A DNA stretch of 64,000 nt from Candidatus Subterrananammoxibius californiae (GCA_030586555.1 JAURAC010000003.1:45838-109837), one strand, 5' to 3'; positions 9,584 to 19,907 are shown, counted from the first letter of the stretch. Notes: generated from the sequence alone by a model not told the origin. Made by a program: numbers and translations.

Positions 9584-10688
9584 CATTATTGATAAAGCCT
9601 CATCGGGCGAAAGATTGACCTATTCGGAAGGCGTAGAGCTAATGGGTTCATACGACCTGATGGCACTGGGTCTGGCGGCAGACATGGTGTGTCAGAGACT
9701 GCATCCCAAAAATTATCGCACCTACGCCATTGACCGCAATATTAATTATACAAATATTTGCCTCGCCAGGTGCATGTTCTGCGCCTTCTACAGAGATGAG
9801 GATAGCCCGGATGCGTACGTGATTTCTGAAAGTGAACTATTTCACAAAATAGAAGAAACGTTACAACTCGGCGGGACCCATATCCTCATGCAGGGCGGTT
9901 TGGCTCCGGGCTTACGATTCGACTATTACCTGCACCTTTTGCGCTCAATAAAGGAGTGCTTCAAGATTCATATACATGCATTCTCACCCCCTGAGATTAT
10001 ACATTTCACCACCTTAAGCAGGCTTTCGGTACACGATGTAATTCTAACGCTCAAGGACGCTGGTCTCGATTCAATCCCTGGTGGAGGGGCAGAAATATTG
10101 GTTGATGAATGCCGTCAAGCGCTAAGTCCTCGAAAATGCTCTGTAAATGAGTGGCTTGAAGTAATGAGGGAGGCTCATCGCCTCGGCATAAAGACTACGG
10201 CAACAATGATGTTTGGTCATATCGAGAGACCGGAGGATAGAATTACACATCTTGAACGAATAAGAACCCTTCAGGACGAAACAGGCGGTTTTACAGCCTT
10301 TATACCCTGGACTTTTCAGCCAAAAAACACTCAACTATCTTCCCCCTCACCCTCCCCTCTCCCCCAAGGGGAGAGGGATGGGGTGAGGGGGGAACTTGGG
10401 GGATTTGAGTACCTTAAGATGTTAGCCATTTCAAGACTATACCTTGATAATATCCCGAACATACAAGCCTCCTGGGTAACACAGGGTGCAAAGATAGCCC
10501 AGCTTGCATTAAGGTTTGGGGCAAACGATATGGGCAGCACGATGATTGAGGAAAATGTGGTAAGGGCAGCAGGCATAACCTATCGTATGAAAAAAGAAGA
10601 GATGATTCGCCTTATAGAAGACCTGGGCTTCGAGGCTAAGCAAAGGGATTGTTTATATCGGGTAGACAACGATGTTCATCATCGTTGA
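9576..10688 (+). CDS. mqnC: Cyclic dehypoxanthinyl futalosine synthase, radical SAM
   Basis: DRNINYTNIC...CMFCAFYR, SIPGGGAEIL, TATMMFGHIE, IQASWVTQG, EENVV. Confidence 0.93.
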   Translation: MLDIIDKASSGERLTYSEGVELMGSYDLMALGLAADMVCQRLHPKNYRTYAIDRNINYTNICLARCMFCAFYRDEDSPDAYVISESELFHKIEETLQLGGTHILMQGGLAPGLRFDYYLHLLRSIKECFKIHIHAFSPPEIIHFTTLSRLSVHDVILTLKDAGLDSIPGGGAEILVDECRQALSPRKCSVNEWLEVMREAHRLGIKTTATMMFGHIERPEDRITHLERIRTLQDETGGFTAFIPWTFQPKNTQLSSPSPSPLPQGERDGVRGELGGFEYLKMLAISRLYLDNIPNIQASWVTQGAKIAQLALRFGANDMGSTMIEENVVRAAGITYRMKKEEMIRLIEDLGFEAKQRDCLYRVDNDVHHR

Positions 10689-10782
10689 AATCAACGGACA
10701 TAAAGCTGCAAGCCCGCCATTTGGGGGTGGGTCCGTTGTCTACCATTAGAATGGGAGCAATCGTAAATCCATGTAGACAACG

Positions 10783-12057
10783 ATGAAGATCAAACGTAAT
10801 TTACTAACTACAGGGCTTCTTCTCATTCCATTAATGTTGTGCGTAGAAGGCGCCTCTTGCCCTTCTGAGGAAAGAAGCACCCCTTGTCATCCTGACACTG
10901 TGTCAGGTAATTTTTCTTTTTATGAGAAAGATGGGAAAGCCGCAAGATATGACATAAGCGTGCACAGATGGATTGTGAAAAGGACAGTACAATTCTTGTT
11001 AGATAAAGGAATCGGAGATGAGGCGTTTCGCAACGAAATTAGTATATATGAAGATGAATTAGTTAGAGGGGCAGAGGATGAAGATGATATTGGAGTAGAC
11101 GTTTTTTTCAGGTTCCTCAGACACTTTTATAGACCTGCAGATGACAGGGGTTACTACGCTGGAGGAACATTTCAGGAAAACGCCTTCGACTGGGGTTGGA
11201 ATAATTCTGTAAACAGTTACGATTACACAGATGCTATAAACAAATACAAAAGTGGCTCACCAGCCGACAAACTGGATGCGTATTATGCACTGGGTCATGT
11301 GCTTCATTTAATTGCTGATGTCTCGCTCCCTGAGCACACACATCTGGAGTATCATGGACCGGGTGACCGCGGTGGATATGAAACGTATGTAACAATAATG
11401 ATTAGAAGCGACGAAAATGCGCCCTTACCTTCGGATATAGAAACAATACTATACAATACTAATGATGATTTAAAACATCTTCCACCGAAATATCGTGGAA
11501 AAGACGAATCCAGTGGTATTGTAAAGTATAACACGTTGAAAAAGTATATAAAGAATCTTGCAAAGATAAGTTATTATCTAAACAGATACAAAGCTGACCT
11601 GAGTGATACCAGTAAAAGCGGCCCCTCTGTAGGTCCATTAGGCAAGGTATTTCCGGATATAACATACGGCTTTTGTCCCGGGAACCACCCGAGCTGGTAT
11701 ATCACCGATGTCGGATGCCTTGGTACTTTTGATGGGGGTGGAACCGAATGGTGGAATACAAGAGAAGAACCAGAGAATGATAGCGAGTCCGAAGGCTTTT
11801 ATTATTTAGAAAAGACTGGACAGGCTGTGCCTGAAAAATATAAGACCTACTGGAATCCAGATAATCCGAAAAAAGATAGATACGGTGTTAATACCGAAAA
11901 GTTGCCCCTCGAACATTTATACGCAAGAGACCTGATTCCACTTGCAATAAGATATACCGCTGGCGTAATAGAGCTATTCTGGCGTCAGACTCACATCTCA
12001 TCTCTCGGTACTCCTAATAGTATAACAACTATTGGCGGAGCAGGGAATTCTGGTTAA
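10783..12057 (+). CDS. Secreted zinc-dependent phospholipase C/P1-nuclease-fold protein
   Basis: Signal peptide; H near the mature N-terminus, EDED, RHFY, LGHVLHLIADVSLPEH, YE. Confidence 0.6.
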   Translation: MKIKRNLLTTGLLLIPLMLCVEGASCPSEERSTPCHPDTVSGNFSFYEKDGKAARYDISVHRWIVKRTVQFLLDKGIGDEAFRNEISIYEDELVRGAEDEDDIGVDVFFRFLRHFYRPADDRGYYAGGTFQENAFDWGWNNSVNSYDYTDAINKYKSGSPADKLDAYYALGHVLHLIADVSLPEHTHLEYHGPGDRGGYETYVTIMIRSDENAPLPSDIETILYNTNDDLKHLPPKYRGKDESSGIVKYNTLKKYIKNLAKISYYLNRYKADLSDTSKSGPSVGPLGKVFPDITYGFCPGNHPSWYITDVGCLGTFDGGGTEWWNTREEPENDSESEGFYYLEKTGQAVPEKYKTYWNPDNPKKDRYGVNTEKLPLEHLYARDLIPLAIRYTAGVIELFWRQTHISSLGTPNSITTIGGAGNSG

Positions 12058-12105
12058 ACAATAACCTTTGTGATGGGAAGATGGTAAGTAATTCTCTCGT
12101 GGGGA

Positions 12106-12136
12106 AAAAAAGGGCGTATTATAAAAATACGCCCCT
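12106..12136 (-). terminator. Intrinsic terminator for the minus-strand surface-protein gene
   Basis: GGGCGTATT-ataaa-AATACGCCC preceded by an A-run on + (U-tract on -). Confidence 0.7.
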
Positions 12137-12179
12137 GGAAAATGCTTGCCTTTTCTGAGCTACTGCTTAAGAATTCGGA

Positions 12180-14582
12180 TTAATCATCACATAGCTCCGA
12201 TATCTTATCAATTGTAAAAGTACCGATAACGGGAAAGCCACAAGCAGTTCCACTAAAGCTTCCTGACATCGTGTTGTTAGAGTTCGAAAGCGTTGCAGTT
12301 CCGCTAAGAGTTCCTCCTCCCTCGCACCCACAGGCCTCCGCACCGCTTATCAGAATCGAAAGGGTTACGTTCGTACCTGATATACTTCCCGTGAAGGTGA
12401 GGCAATTATCAGTATCCTCAGGAACACTACCTGTAAACTGTGTTCCCTCCTGAGTCAGGCACGCAGTAAAATCGCCCGAACCGAGCCCCGTTATAGTAAT
12501 ACTCCCATCCCAAAATCCTGTAACATTAGCATCTGCCACTTCGGTCGTTGTGGTTGTTGACTCTGTCGAGGTAGTTGTTTCAGTCGTTGTGGTTGTTGGT
12601 TCTGTCGAGGTCGTAGTTGTGCTTGCTATAGTTGTCGTTGTGCTACTTGTTGTGGACGTAGTACTTATTCCAACAAACCTTGCTAACCCATTAACGCTAC
12701 TTATGCAGAAGAATCCCCATGTTACATTTATTTCCACGCAGTAGGTGTTTCCTGAGTTGGTATAAGTTACAGTGCCGCATACGTTGATGATTCTACCTCT
12801 CCCGTCCTTTGTGTAAATCAAGTTCTCTGCACGAGGACCTGATTCACCGACAATGGCAAAGCTAAATGAACTACATACCTTTGAGAATGTAATACTTGCT
12901 GGAGTACCCTCACATGGCTCACACAGGGTTGTGGTGGTTGTACTGGTTGTTGTAGTGGTTCTTGTTGTTGTAGTAGTGGTCTTTGTTGTAGTCGTAGAAC
13001 CTGGAACGGTTGTTGTTGTAGTTTCCGTAGTAGTGGTCGTTGGCTCCGTAGTTGTTGTGGTTTCTGTTGTGGTAGTTGTTTCAGTGGTTGTTGTCGTGGT
13101 TGTCGTTGTAGTCGTTGTAGTACTTACAGCCACAAGGTCAAAGCTGAGCTTGTTTTCACCTTCCACGGCAGGCTTGACCTTCTTTTGCAAGGTCTCGTAT
13201 CCTTCTTTTTCTGCCTCTACGGTATAATTCGTGTCTGCTTCTAAGCACTGGTCAAACCTATAAATACCATTAGCATCCGTTGTTGTGTCTGAGGCTTGGC
13301 TTGCAGGTTTTGTTATCCTTACCGTGGCGTCCGCAAGAGGGTCTTTGGTATTCTTATCTCTCACCCTGCCAGCAAGATTTCCCTGACCTGTTAGCTCATC
13401 CAAACCAAAATCGGCTGTGCCCTGAGGTTCTTCAGAGGTAAGCTCTACCTGCTGTGATTGCAGAGCGCCATTTGCATAACACCCCTCTGATAAAGAAACA
13501 TCGTATGTGCCGAGCTCAAGGTTGTTAAACTCATACTTGCCTTTTATGTCCGTCTTTGTCGTAGCATCAGAATTTCTAATGAGGGCGGCCGTTCCAAGTG
13601 TAACCTCAGCCCCTATAACAGGGTCTCCATCGCTATCGGTCACGGTGCCTGATATATTGCCAGGAGTGGCAGTAAGCGTGAAATTATGTGTTTCAGTTCC
13701 CTCGCTTCCTAAAGGAATCTCTTCAGATATGTATGGGTCTGGCGTATAACCATCCTTTGAACCCCTTATTATATATGTGCCGGGATTTAGGTTGAGGGCG
13801 TACTTGCCATTGTCATTAGTTTTTTTCTTGGCTGCCACAATGTCATCTAACAATGCCTCAACAAGAACGTCTGAAATAGGGTCTGTGGTATCGGCATCGG
13901 TTACTGTGCCCTTAAGTTTGGCTGGAACGAGGGTAAAATTGAGGGTTGTAGGGTCGCCTGCTGGTATATTGACATCACTCTTTGTTACTTCTATGTAGCC
14001 ATCTTTATCTGCAGAAACCTCGTACAAGTCTGTTTCTATACAATCGAATGTATAAGCGCCATCCACATCTGTCTGTTCGGTCGGCCCGTCAGGTTCTATC
14101 TTGACCGTAGCTCCGCTAACAGGGTCGTCTGTAACGCCATCCTTAACGGTGCCTGTTAAACCCCCTTCATCCGCATCTTCAACGGATGCTAACTTAAGTG
14201 TAAATGTCTTATTCCCATCAACCTCTTTACCAAGCTTTTTTTCACGTTCGTAACATTGAGCATCGGCTCTGACGCCATATGTACCTGCTTCAACGCTAAA
14301 AACAACCTCCCCATCAACATCGGTTATCCCCACCTGGGCTTCTGACCAACCCGAAGACTCGTCTTTTAATTCAACAATAGCCTGCGGGATAGGATTAGGA
14401 GGGTCGCTTTCATCCGTTACCTTTACAGTGACATTGAATGGTTGTGCCAAGCATGTCTTATCCATAGTAAAGAATTGAATTACAGAGAGGATACTGATTG
14501 CAAGAGCGGTCAAAAATATCTGGGAAGGTAAAGGCAGGCGGCTAACTAATCTTGCACTGAGCGAAGCGGACGTGTTCTTCAA
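12180..14582 (-). CDS. Surface protein with carboxypeptidase-regulatory-like (Cna-B/prealbumin-fold) repeats, Thr-rich linkers and an extra C-terminal domain
   Basis: Signal peptide, five GxVxD..P..GAxV..TDxxGxY repeats, two poly-Thr tracts. Confidence 0.75.
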   Translation of the reverse strand: MKNTSASLSARLVSRLPLPSQIFLTALAISILSVIQFFTMDKTCLAQPFNVTVKVTDESDPPNPIPQAIVELKDESSGWSEAQVGITDVDGEVVFSVEAGTYGVRADAQCYEREKKLGKEVDGNKTFTLKLASVEDADEGGLTGTVKDGVTDDPVSGATVKIEPDGPTEQTDVDGAYTFDCIETDLYEVSADKDGYIEVTKSDVNIPAGDPTTLNFTLVPAKLKGTVTDADTTDPISDVLVEALLDDIVAAKKKTNDNGKYALNLNPGTYIIRGSKDGYTPDPYISEEIPLGSEGTETHNFTLTATPGNISGTVTDSDGDPVIGAEVTLGTAALIRNSDATTKTDIKGKYEFNNLELGTYDVSLSEGCYANGALQSQQVELTSEEPQGTADFGLDELTGQGNLAGRVRDKNTKDPLADATVRITKPASQASDTTTDANGIYRFDQCLEADTNYTVEAEKEGYETLQKKVKPAVEGENKLSFDLVAVSTTTTTTTTTTTTTETTTTTETTTTTEPTTTTTETTTTTVPGSTTTTKTTTTTTRTTTTTSTTTTTLCEPCEGTPASITFSKVCSSFSFAIVGESGPRAENLIYTKDGRGRIINVCGTVTYTNSGNTYCVEINVTWGFFCISSVNGLARFVGISTTSTTSSTTTTIASTTTTSTEPTTTTTETTTSTESTTTTTEVADANVTGFWDGSITITGLGSGDFTACLTQEGTQFTGSVPEDTDNCLTFTGSISGTNVTLSILISGAEACGCEGGGTLSGTATLSNSNNTMSGSFSGTACGFPVIGTFTIDKISELCDD

Positions 14583-14596
14583 ATTTTCCTCCTTTT

Positions 14597-14654
14597 ACAC
14601 GTCATGACGCATGCCATGGCGCATGCCATGGCGACATGCCGTGGACATGTCGTG
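14597..14654. repeat. CATG-rich repeat (also 17258-17304; fragment 19576-19601)
   Basis: ACACGTCATGACGCATGCCATGGCG..ACATGCCGTGGACATGTC is near-identical at two loci. Confidence 0.8.
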
Positions 14655-14722
14655 ATTTGAGTAGAGATTTACTGCAATTCCCTGATAAAAACATTCAGGG
14701 TCAAGAGTGTTTTACGGGCAGA

Positions 14723-14751
14723 AGTATATAATAAAACACAAGGCGTGTCAA
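14723..14751 (-). promoter_or_regulatory. Sigma70 promoter
   Basis: TTGACA-17 nt-TATACT on the minus strand; conserved in the paralogous leader at 17028-17056. Confidence 0.75.
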
Positions 14752-14831
14752 GTCTTTTTTTTAACCCAAAAATATACATTGACTTAACCGCCCACCCAAA
14801 AAATGGCGGGTCTTTGACAGAAAGCGCAAAG

Positions 14832-14951
14832 GTAGACAACGATGTTTATCACCCTGATTAAACCTGTTCCTGTCAGGTTCAGGAATCAGGGGTGAATCAA
14901 CAAACATAAAGCTGAAAGTCCGCCGTTTTTTTGGGTGGGTTCGTTGTCTAC
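14832..14951. repeat. GTAGACAACG...CGTTGTCTAC REP-like element with two nested inserts
   Basis: Same termini at 4471-4544, 10662-10743 and 58064-58121; half copy at 10773; degenerate copy at 32528-32580. Confidence 0.85.
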
Positions 14952-15037
14952 TTTTGTGACGAGATTGCCACACTCGCATGAGATGGCTCGCAATGACAGT
15001 TTAATTAACAAGGGATTTACCTGCCTGAGCCAAAATT

Positions 15038-15080
15038 AAAAAAGGGGCTAAATCACATAATGTTAATTTAACCCCTTTTT
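15038..15080 (-). terminator. Probable intrinsic terminator
   Basis: AAAAAAGGGGCTAAAT...ATTTAACCCCTTTTTT just downstream of the 15109 stop. Confidence 0.6.
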
Positions 15081-15108
15081 GATTACATACCGCGTTCTAA
15101 ATTATCTA

Positions 15109-16971
15109 CTAATCTTCAATCAGATTTGCCGTCCCGCTAACATTGCTTATGCAGAAGAATCCCCATGTTACATTTATTTCCACGCAGTAGGTGTTTCCTG
15201 AGTTGGTATAAGTTACAGTGCCGCATACGTTGATGATTCTACCTCTCCCGTCCTTTGTGTAAATCAAGTTCTCTGCACGAGGACCTGATTCACCGACAAT
15301 GGCAAAGCTAAATGAACTACATACCTTTGAGAATGTAATACTTGCTGGAGTACCCTCACATGGCTCACACAGGGTTGTGGTAGTTGTACTGGTTGTTGTA
15401 GTAGTTCTTGTTGTTGTAGTAGTAGTCTTTGTTGTAGTCGTAGAACCTGGAGTAATCGTTGTACTTGTTGTAGTCGTTGAACTTGTTGTAGTTGTGGATG
15501 TTGTACTCGTTGTGCTACTTGTTGTAGTCGTTGAACTTGTTGTAGTTGTAGTACTTACAGCCACAAGGTCAAAGCTGAGCTTGTTTTCACCTTCCACGGC
15601 AGGCTTGACCTTCTTTTGCAAGGTCTCGTATCCTTCTTTTTCTGCCTCTACGGTATAATTCGTGTCTGCTTCTAAGCACTGGTCAAACCTATAAATACCA
15701 TTAGCATCCGTTGTTGTGTCTGAGGCTTGGCTTGCAGGTTTTGTTATCCTTACCGTGGCGTCCGCAAGAGGGTCTTTAGTATCCTTATCTCTCACCCTGC
15801 CAGCAAGATTCCCCTGACCTGTTAGCTCATCCAAACTAAAATTGGCTGTGCCCTGAGGTTCTTCAGAAGTAAGCTCTACCTGCTGTGATTGCAGTGCGCC
15901 ATTCGCATAACACCCCTCCGATAAAGAAACATCGTATGTGCCAAGTTCTAGATTATTAAACTCATAATTGCCTTTTATGTCCGTCTTTGTCGTAGCATCA
16001 GAATTTCTAATGAGGGCGGCAGTTCCAAGTGTAACCTCAGCCCCTATAACAGGGTCTCCATCGCTATCGGTCACGGTGCCTGATATATTGCCAGGAGTGG
16101 CAGTAAGCGTGAAATTATGTGTTTCAGTTCCCTCGCTTCCTAAAGGAATCTCTTCAGATGTGTATGGGTCTGGTGTATAACCATTCTTGGAACCCCTGAT
16201 TATATATGTACCGGGATTTAGATTGAGGGCATACTTGCCATTGGCATTGGTTTTATCCTTGTCAGCAACTGTGCCATCAAACAACGCCTCAACCAGTACA
16301 TCTAAAATAGGGTCTGAGGTGTCGGCATCGGTTACCGTACCTTTAATTTTGGCAGGTACAAGGGTAAAATTAAGGGTTGTAGAACCATCTTGCGCTACAT
16401 CAACGCTTTTTTCTACTTCTATGTACCCATCTTTATCTGCAGACACATCGTATGATTTTACTTCTATACAGTCGAATACATAAGAACCATCCACATCAGT
16501 TTGTTCGGTTGGTCCATCAGGTTCTATCTTGACCGTAGCACCGCTTATTGGGTCATCCGTTACTCCATCCTTGACAGTACCAGAGAGACCCCCCGTTGGG
16601 TCCGTCACCTGTTCCAACTTAAATGTAAATGACGCTTCTTCCCCAAGAGCGTTGCTAAGCTTTTTTTTACGTTTGTAACATTGGGCGTCGGCAATAATAT
16701 CATATATACCTTCTAAAACATCAGTAAAAACAACCTCGCCGTTATCGCCAGTCACACCTACAGTAGTTTCATCAGTAGAGACTTTAATCAATTTAACAAT
16801 AGCCTGCGGGATAGGTAAATCTGTATCTTTATCTTTTACAGTTACGGTAACATCGAAAGCCAGTGATGTTTTTTCTATAAATGCGAGTTGAGTAATAGAA
16901 AGGATGCTAATGGTGAGAACAGACAAAAATATTTGGTAAGGTAAAGGCAGGCGGCTAACCAATTTCTTCAT
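15109..16971 (-). CDS. Paralogous surface protein with carboxypeptidase-regulatory-like repeats and Thr/Ser linker
   Basis: Same architecture as 12180-14582; central and C-terminal parts near-identical at DNA level. Confidence 0.75.
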   Translation of the reverse strand: MKKLVSRLPLPYQIFLSVLTISILSITQLAFIEKTSLAFDVTVTVKDKDTDLPIPQAIVKLIKVSTDETTVGVTGDNGEVVFTDVLEGIYDIIADAQCYKRKKKLSNALGEEASFTFKLEQVTDPTGGLSGTVKDGVTDDPISGATVKIEPDGPTEQTDVDGSYVFDCIEVKSYDVSADKDGYIEVEKSVDVAQDGSTTLNFTLVPAKIKGTVTDADTSDPILDVLVEALFDGTVADKDKTNANGKYALNLNPGTYIIRGSKNGYTPDPYTSEEIPLGSEGTETHNFTLTATPGNISGTVTDSDGDPVIGAEVTLGTAALIRNSDATTKTDIKGNYEFNNLELGTYDVSLSEGCYANGALQSQQVELTSEEPQGTANFSLDELTGQGNLAGRVRDKDTKDPLADATVRITKPASQASDTTTDANGIYRFDQCLEADTNYTVEAEKEGYETLQKKVKPAVEGENKLSFDLVAVSTTTTTSSTTTTSSTTSTTSTTTTSSTTTTSTTITPGSTTTTKTTTTTTRTTTTTSTTTTTLCEPCEGTPASITFSKVCSSFSFAIVGESGPRAENLIYTKDGRGRIINVCGTVTYTNSGNTYCVEINVTWGFFCISNVSGTANLIED

Positions 16972-17027
16972 TTTTTCCTCCTTTTAATTCGTGCAGGGAT
17001 TTTCTGCAAAAGTATTTTATGGGCGAA

Positions 17028-17056
17028 AGTATATAATAAAACCCATGCCATGTCAA
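17028..17056 (-). promoter_or_regulatory. Sigma70 promoter
   Basis: TTGACA-17 nt-TATACT on the minus strand. Confidence 0.75.
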
Positions 17057-17072
17057 GTCTTTTTTTACTGGT

Positions 17073-17146
17073 TGTGATAGCAACATAAAAATGTCCTAAA
17101 GTTAGCAAAATGAAAATGTCCTGTTTTATGCAAAGTAAAAATGTCC
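17073..17146. mobile_element. Probable orphan transposon end (IS1202/ISNCY-like)
   Basis: TGT terminus followed by three GCAA-N-AAAATGTCC units at an exact 25-bp period (17088, 17113, 17138); no transposase nearby. Confidence 0.5.
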
Positions 17147-17310
17147 GCTTTTTGAATTAAATAAAAAATGCCAACAATAAGGTTGACTGTCTTTATATAA
17201 TTTTATATATTGTGTGAAATGTTTAACCTACCTTTTTTCCAAAAAAGTAAATGAAAAACACGTCATGACGCATGCCATGGCGACATGCCGTGGACATGTC
17301 ATGAGAGGAT

Positions 17311-18684
17311 GTGAAAAAGGGCAAAATGAATATTAGCGTTGGGAATGTAAATACTCGCCTCGTAAAGGCATTTCTTTATACCTCACTGGTGTGGTTCCTC
17401 CTATCAATAATTGTTGGGTTTATAGTTTCCTTAAAGTTCATATATCCTGATTTTATCGGAACCATCCCCTTTTTGACGTATGGCAGGTTGAGGTTTTTCC
17501 ACACCAACGGTGTCATCTGGGGCTGGCTTACAACAGCCTTCTTCGGCATCCTCATGTACATGGTGCCAAGGCTTACCAACAGGCCCATTTATAGCGAGAA
17601 ACTCGGCTGGATTTCATTCTGGGTGTGGAGTATTGGTTTTCTAATTGGATGGATATTTTTACTTACGGGTCATGCGCAGGGACTTGAGTATGCAGAGTTT
17701 CCATTTGTAGCTGATTTATTTGTATTCGGCACATTTATATTAGTCCTTTTTAATGTATTTATTACAATTTTGCGGAGTGAGGAGAAACAGCTATACGTGA
17801 GTTTGTGGTACATAATAGCTGCCCTTGTATGGTCGTCTTTAAACTATTTTGTTGGCAACGTTTTTCCTGGGTATTTTGTCCCTGGCACGGCGGGGGCAGC
17901 GATAAGCGGCCTTTATATTCACAACGTGCTTGGGTTATGGCACACCCCAGTAGGGGTAGCCATGGTATATTTTCTCTTGCCAGTGTTTGTAAAGAAACCT
18001 ATTTACAGCCATTCGCTATCCTTAATTGGTTTCTGGAGCCTTGCATTCTTTTATCCCCTGGGTGGTTCACATCACTATCTCTTCAGTCCAATCCCCTGGT
18101 GGGCGCAGATAACTGCAGTTCCGTTATCTGTTATGATGATAGTGGTGGTCTTTACGGTTGTCTATAATTTCTTTGCCACAATGAAGGGCAGTTGGAATAT
18201 GGTTGTAGAAAGCATTCCACTGCGCTTTCTGACAATCGGTATCATATACTATATGATTACCTGTTTCCAGGGACCTTTACAGTCGCTTTTCAGCTTGCAA
18301 AAGGTTATACACTTTAGCGACTGGGTTGTGGGCCATGCCCACATAGCGCTACTTGGCACCTTTACCTTCTGGATTATAGGAGCGCTGTATTATGTCTTAC
18401 CAAAGATGAGCAGTAGAATTGTATTTTCCAAAAACCTTGCTGAATCCCATTTCTGGCTCACACTCGCAGGAACAGTCATTTACACAAGTTCTTTAACCGC
18501 AGCAGGACTTGTTCAGGGGTATCTTTGGCTTTCTGGTACAATCTTTATAGAAGTTGTAAATAGTTCACAGCCATTCTGGGTGGCGAGGAGTTTTGGCGGG
18601 GCGCTTGTAATAATTGGGCAAATTGTCTTTATATACGACCTTATAAAAAATTCTCTATTTAGAAAAACCCAATTGGTTAGCTAA
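17311..18684 (+). CDS. ccoN: cbb3-type (C-family) heme-copper oxidase subunit I
   Basis: YGRLRFFHTNG, HNVLG, PIYSHSLS, Y-PLGGSHH, DWVVGHAH: six His ligands and the helix-VII Tyr are present. Confidence 0.88.
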   Translation: MKKGKMNISVGNVNTRLVKAFLYTSLVWFLLSIIVGFIVSLKFIYPDFIGTIPFLTYGRLRFFHTNGVIWGWLTTAFFGILMYMVPRLTNRPIYSEKLGWISFWVWSIGFLIGWIFLLTGHAQGLEYAEFPFVADLFVFGTFILVLFNVFITILRSEEKQLYVSLWYIIAALVWSSLNYFVGNVFPGYFVPGTAGAAISGLYIHNVLGLWHTPVGVAMVYFLLPVFVKKPIYSHSLSLIGFWSLAFFYPLGGSHHYLFSPIPWWAQITAVPLSVMMIVVVFTVVYNFFATMKGSWNMVVESIPLRFLTIGIIYYMITCFQGPLQSLFSLQKVIHFSDWVVGHAHIALLGTFTFWIIGALYYVLPKMSSRIVFSKNLAESHFWLTLAGTVIYTSSLTAAGLVQGYLWLSGTIFIEVVNSSQPFWVARSFGGALVIIGQIVFIYDLIKNSLFRKTQLVS

Positions 18685-18686
18685 CG

Positions 18687-19505
18687 ATGGAGAGATTTGA
18701 TAAAGTCTTTTTCATAGCAGGGATAGGTTTTTTCGCCTTTGCCTACATTTTAATGGGCATTGGGCCATGGACTACCCTGAGGGGTTTAAAGCCTCCTGAT
18801 GGTGTAGGTAGTTATACTGATATAGAAAGTCGTGGAAGGAATATCTACATTAGAGAGGGATGCTGGCACTGCCACACTCAGTTTGTTAGACCGGTGAGAA
18901 ACGAGAGCGAACGTTACGGCGCTTTATCTGAACCCGGCGAGTATATGTATGATATTCCCCAGTTATTTGGCACAAGGAGGACTGGACCTGATTTATCGAG
19001 AGTGGGGGGAAAATATGATGATAACTGGCATTACTTACATATATTAAACCCAAGGTCTGTGGTTCGTGACTCTGTAATGCCGCCATATCCCTGGTTATAC
19101 GATAAAGAAGGGAAACCCACAAAGGAAGGCGTTGCGCTTGTGGCATATTTACAACGGCTGGGCAAATGGGCAAGAAAAGAAGCGGTAAAGCCTGCCGAAG
19201 GGCAACCCACTGCAGGGGTAGCCCCTGCACTTACAAAAGAACTTTTGGGAAGGGGTAAAGGACTTTACGAGGCAAATTGTGTATTATGCCATGGTGAACG
19301 TGGCGATGGGAAAGGTCTGGCAAGTCAGGTAACTCCTCCGCCAGCCGATTTTACAGACCAAGAGTGGAAATATGGCGGCAAGCTTGAAGAAATATTTCAT
19401 TTAATATCCAACGGGGTTCCCGGGACGATGATGCCCCCATGGAAGCAGCTTCCTGAAACAGACCGATGGGCATTGGTGTATTACGTGAAGGCATTCTCAG
19501 AATAG
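18687..19505 (+). CDS. ccoO: cbb3 oxidase subunit II fused to a second cytochrome c domain
   Basis: GRNIYIREGCWHCHTQFVRP, GTRRTGPDL, SVMP; second CVLCH..MPPW domain. Confidence 0.88.
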   Translation: MERFDKVFFIAGIGFFAFAYILMGIGPWTTLRGLKPPDGVGSYTDIESRGRNIYIREGCWHCHTQFVRPVRNESERYGALSEPGEYMYDIPQLFGTRRTGPDLSRVGGKYDDNWHYLHILNPRSVVRDSVMPPYPWLYDKEGKPTKEGVALVAYLQRLGKWARKEAVKPAEGQPTAGVAPALTKELLGRGKGLYEANCVLCHGERGDGKGLASQVTPPPADFTDQEWKYGGKLEEIFHLISNGVPGTMMPPWKQLPETDRWALVYYVKAFSE

Positions 19506-19673
19506 GAAATAGCCAATAGGGAATAAACAAAGGGAACACATACCCTTCCCCTCCGGCAAGAAAAAATTGAAAAGTGCCACGTCATGCCGACATGGCATGG
19601 CAAATTTTAAAGTTTAAAATTTACAATTTGCATTTTACAATAAATCTTTTGGCTATTGAGAGAGGGAAAAATA

Positions 19674-19907
19674 ATGATAGAACTCTGCCTCTTTTGTGAA
19701 ACAGGGATACGGCAAAGCCTTTACTTTATTCTTTCCGTAATGGGTGTAGGCATGTTGGGTGTTGTTGCCCTTTTTCTTTGGTCATGGGCAAGGGGGCAGT
19801 ACAAAAATGTTGAAGCCCCGAAGTTTAAAATGTTGGAACTTGAGGGGGAACAAAAAGTTGATAAACCCGCCAATCATTTAGGCGCGGAGGCTCATGATGG
19901 ACGTTGA
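19674..19907 (+). CDS. ccoS: CcoS/FixS-like oxidase assembly protein
   Basis: One TM helix then FLWSWARGQYKNVEAPK. Confidence 0.7.
   Translation: MIELCLFCETGIRQSLYFILSVMGVGMLGVVALFLWSWARGQYKNVEAPKFKMLELEGEQKVDKPANHLGAEAHDGR

Noticed and set aside
12550..15658. Poly-Val ORFs on the + strand
   Set aside because: Reverse complements of the poly-Thr linkers.
12700..16240. Near-identical paralogue segments as a diversity-generating retroelement TR/VR pair
   Set aside because: Both copies are in full ORFs, differences are not visibly adenine-specific, and there is no reverse transcriptase in the window.
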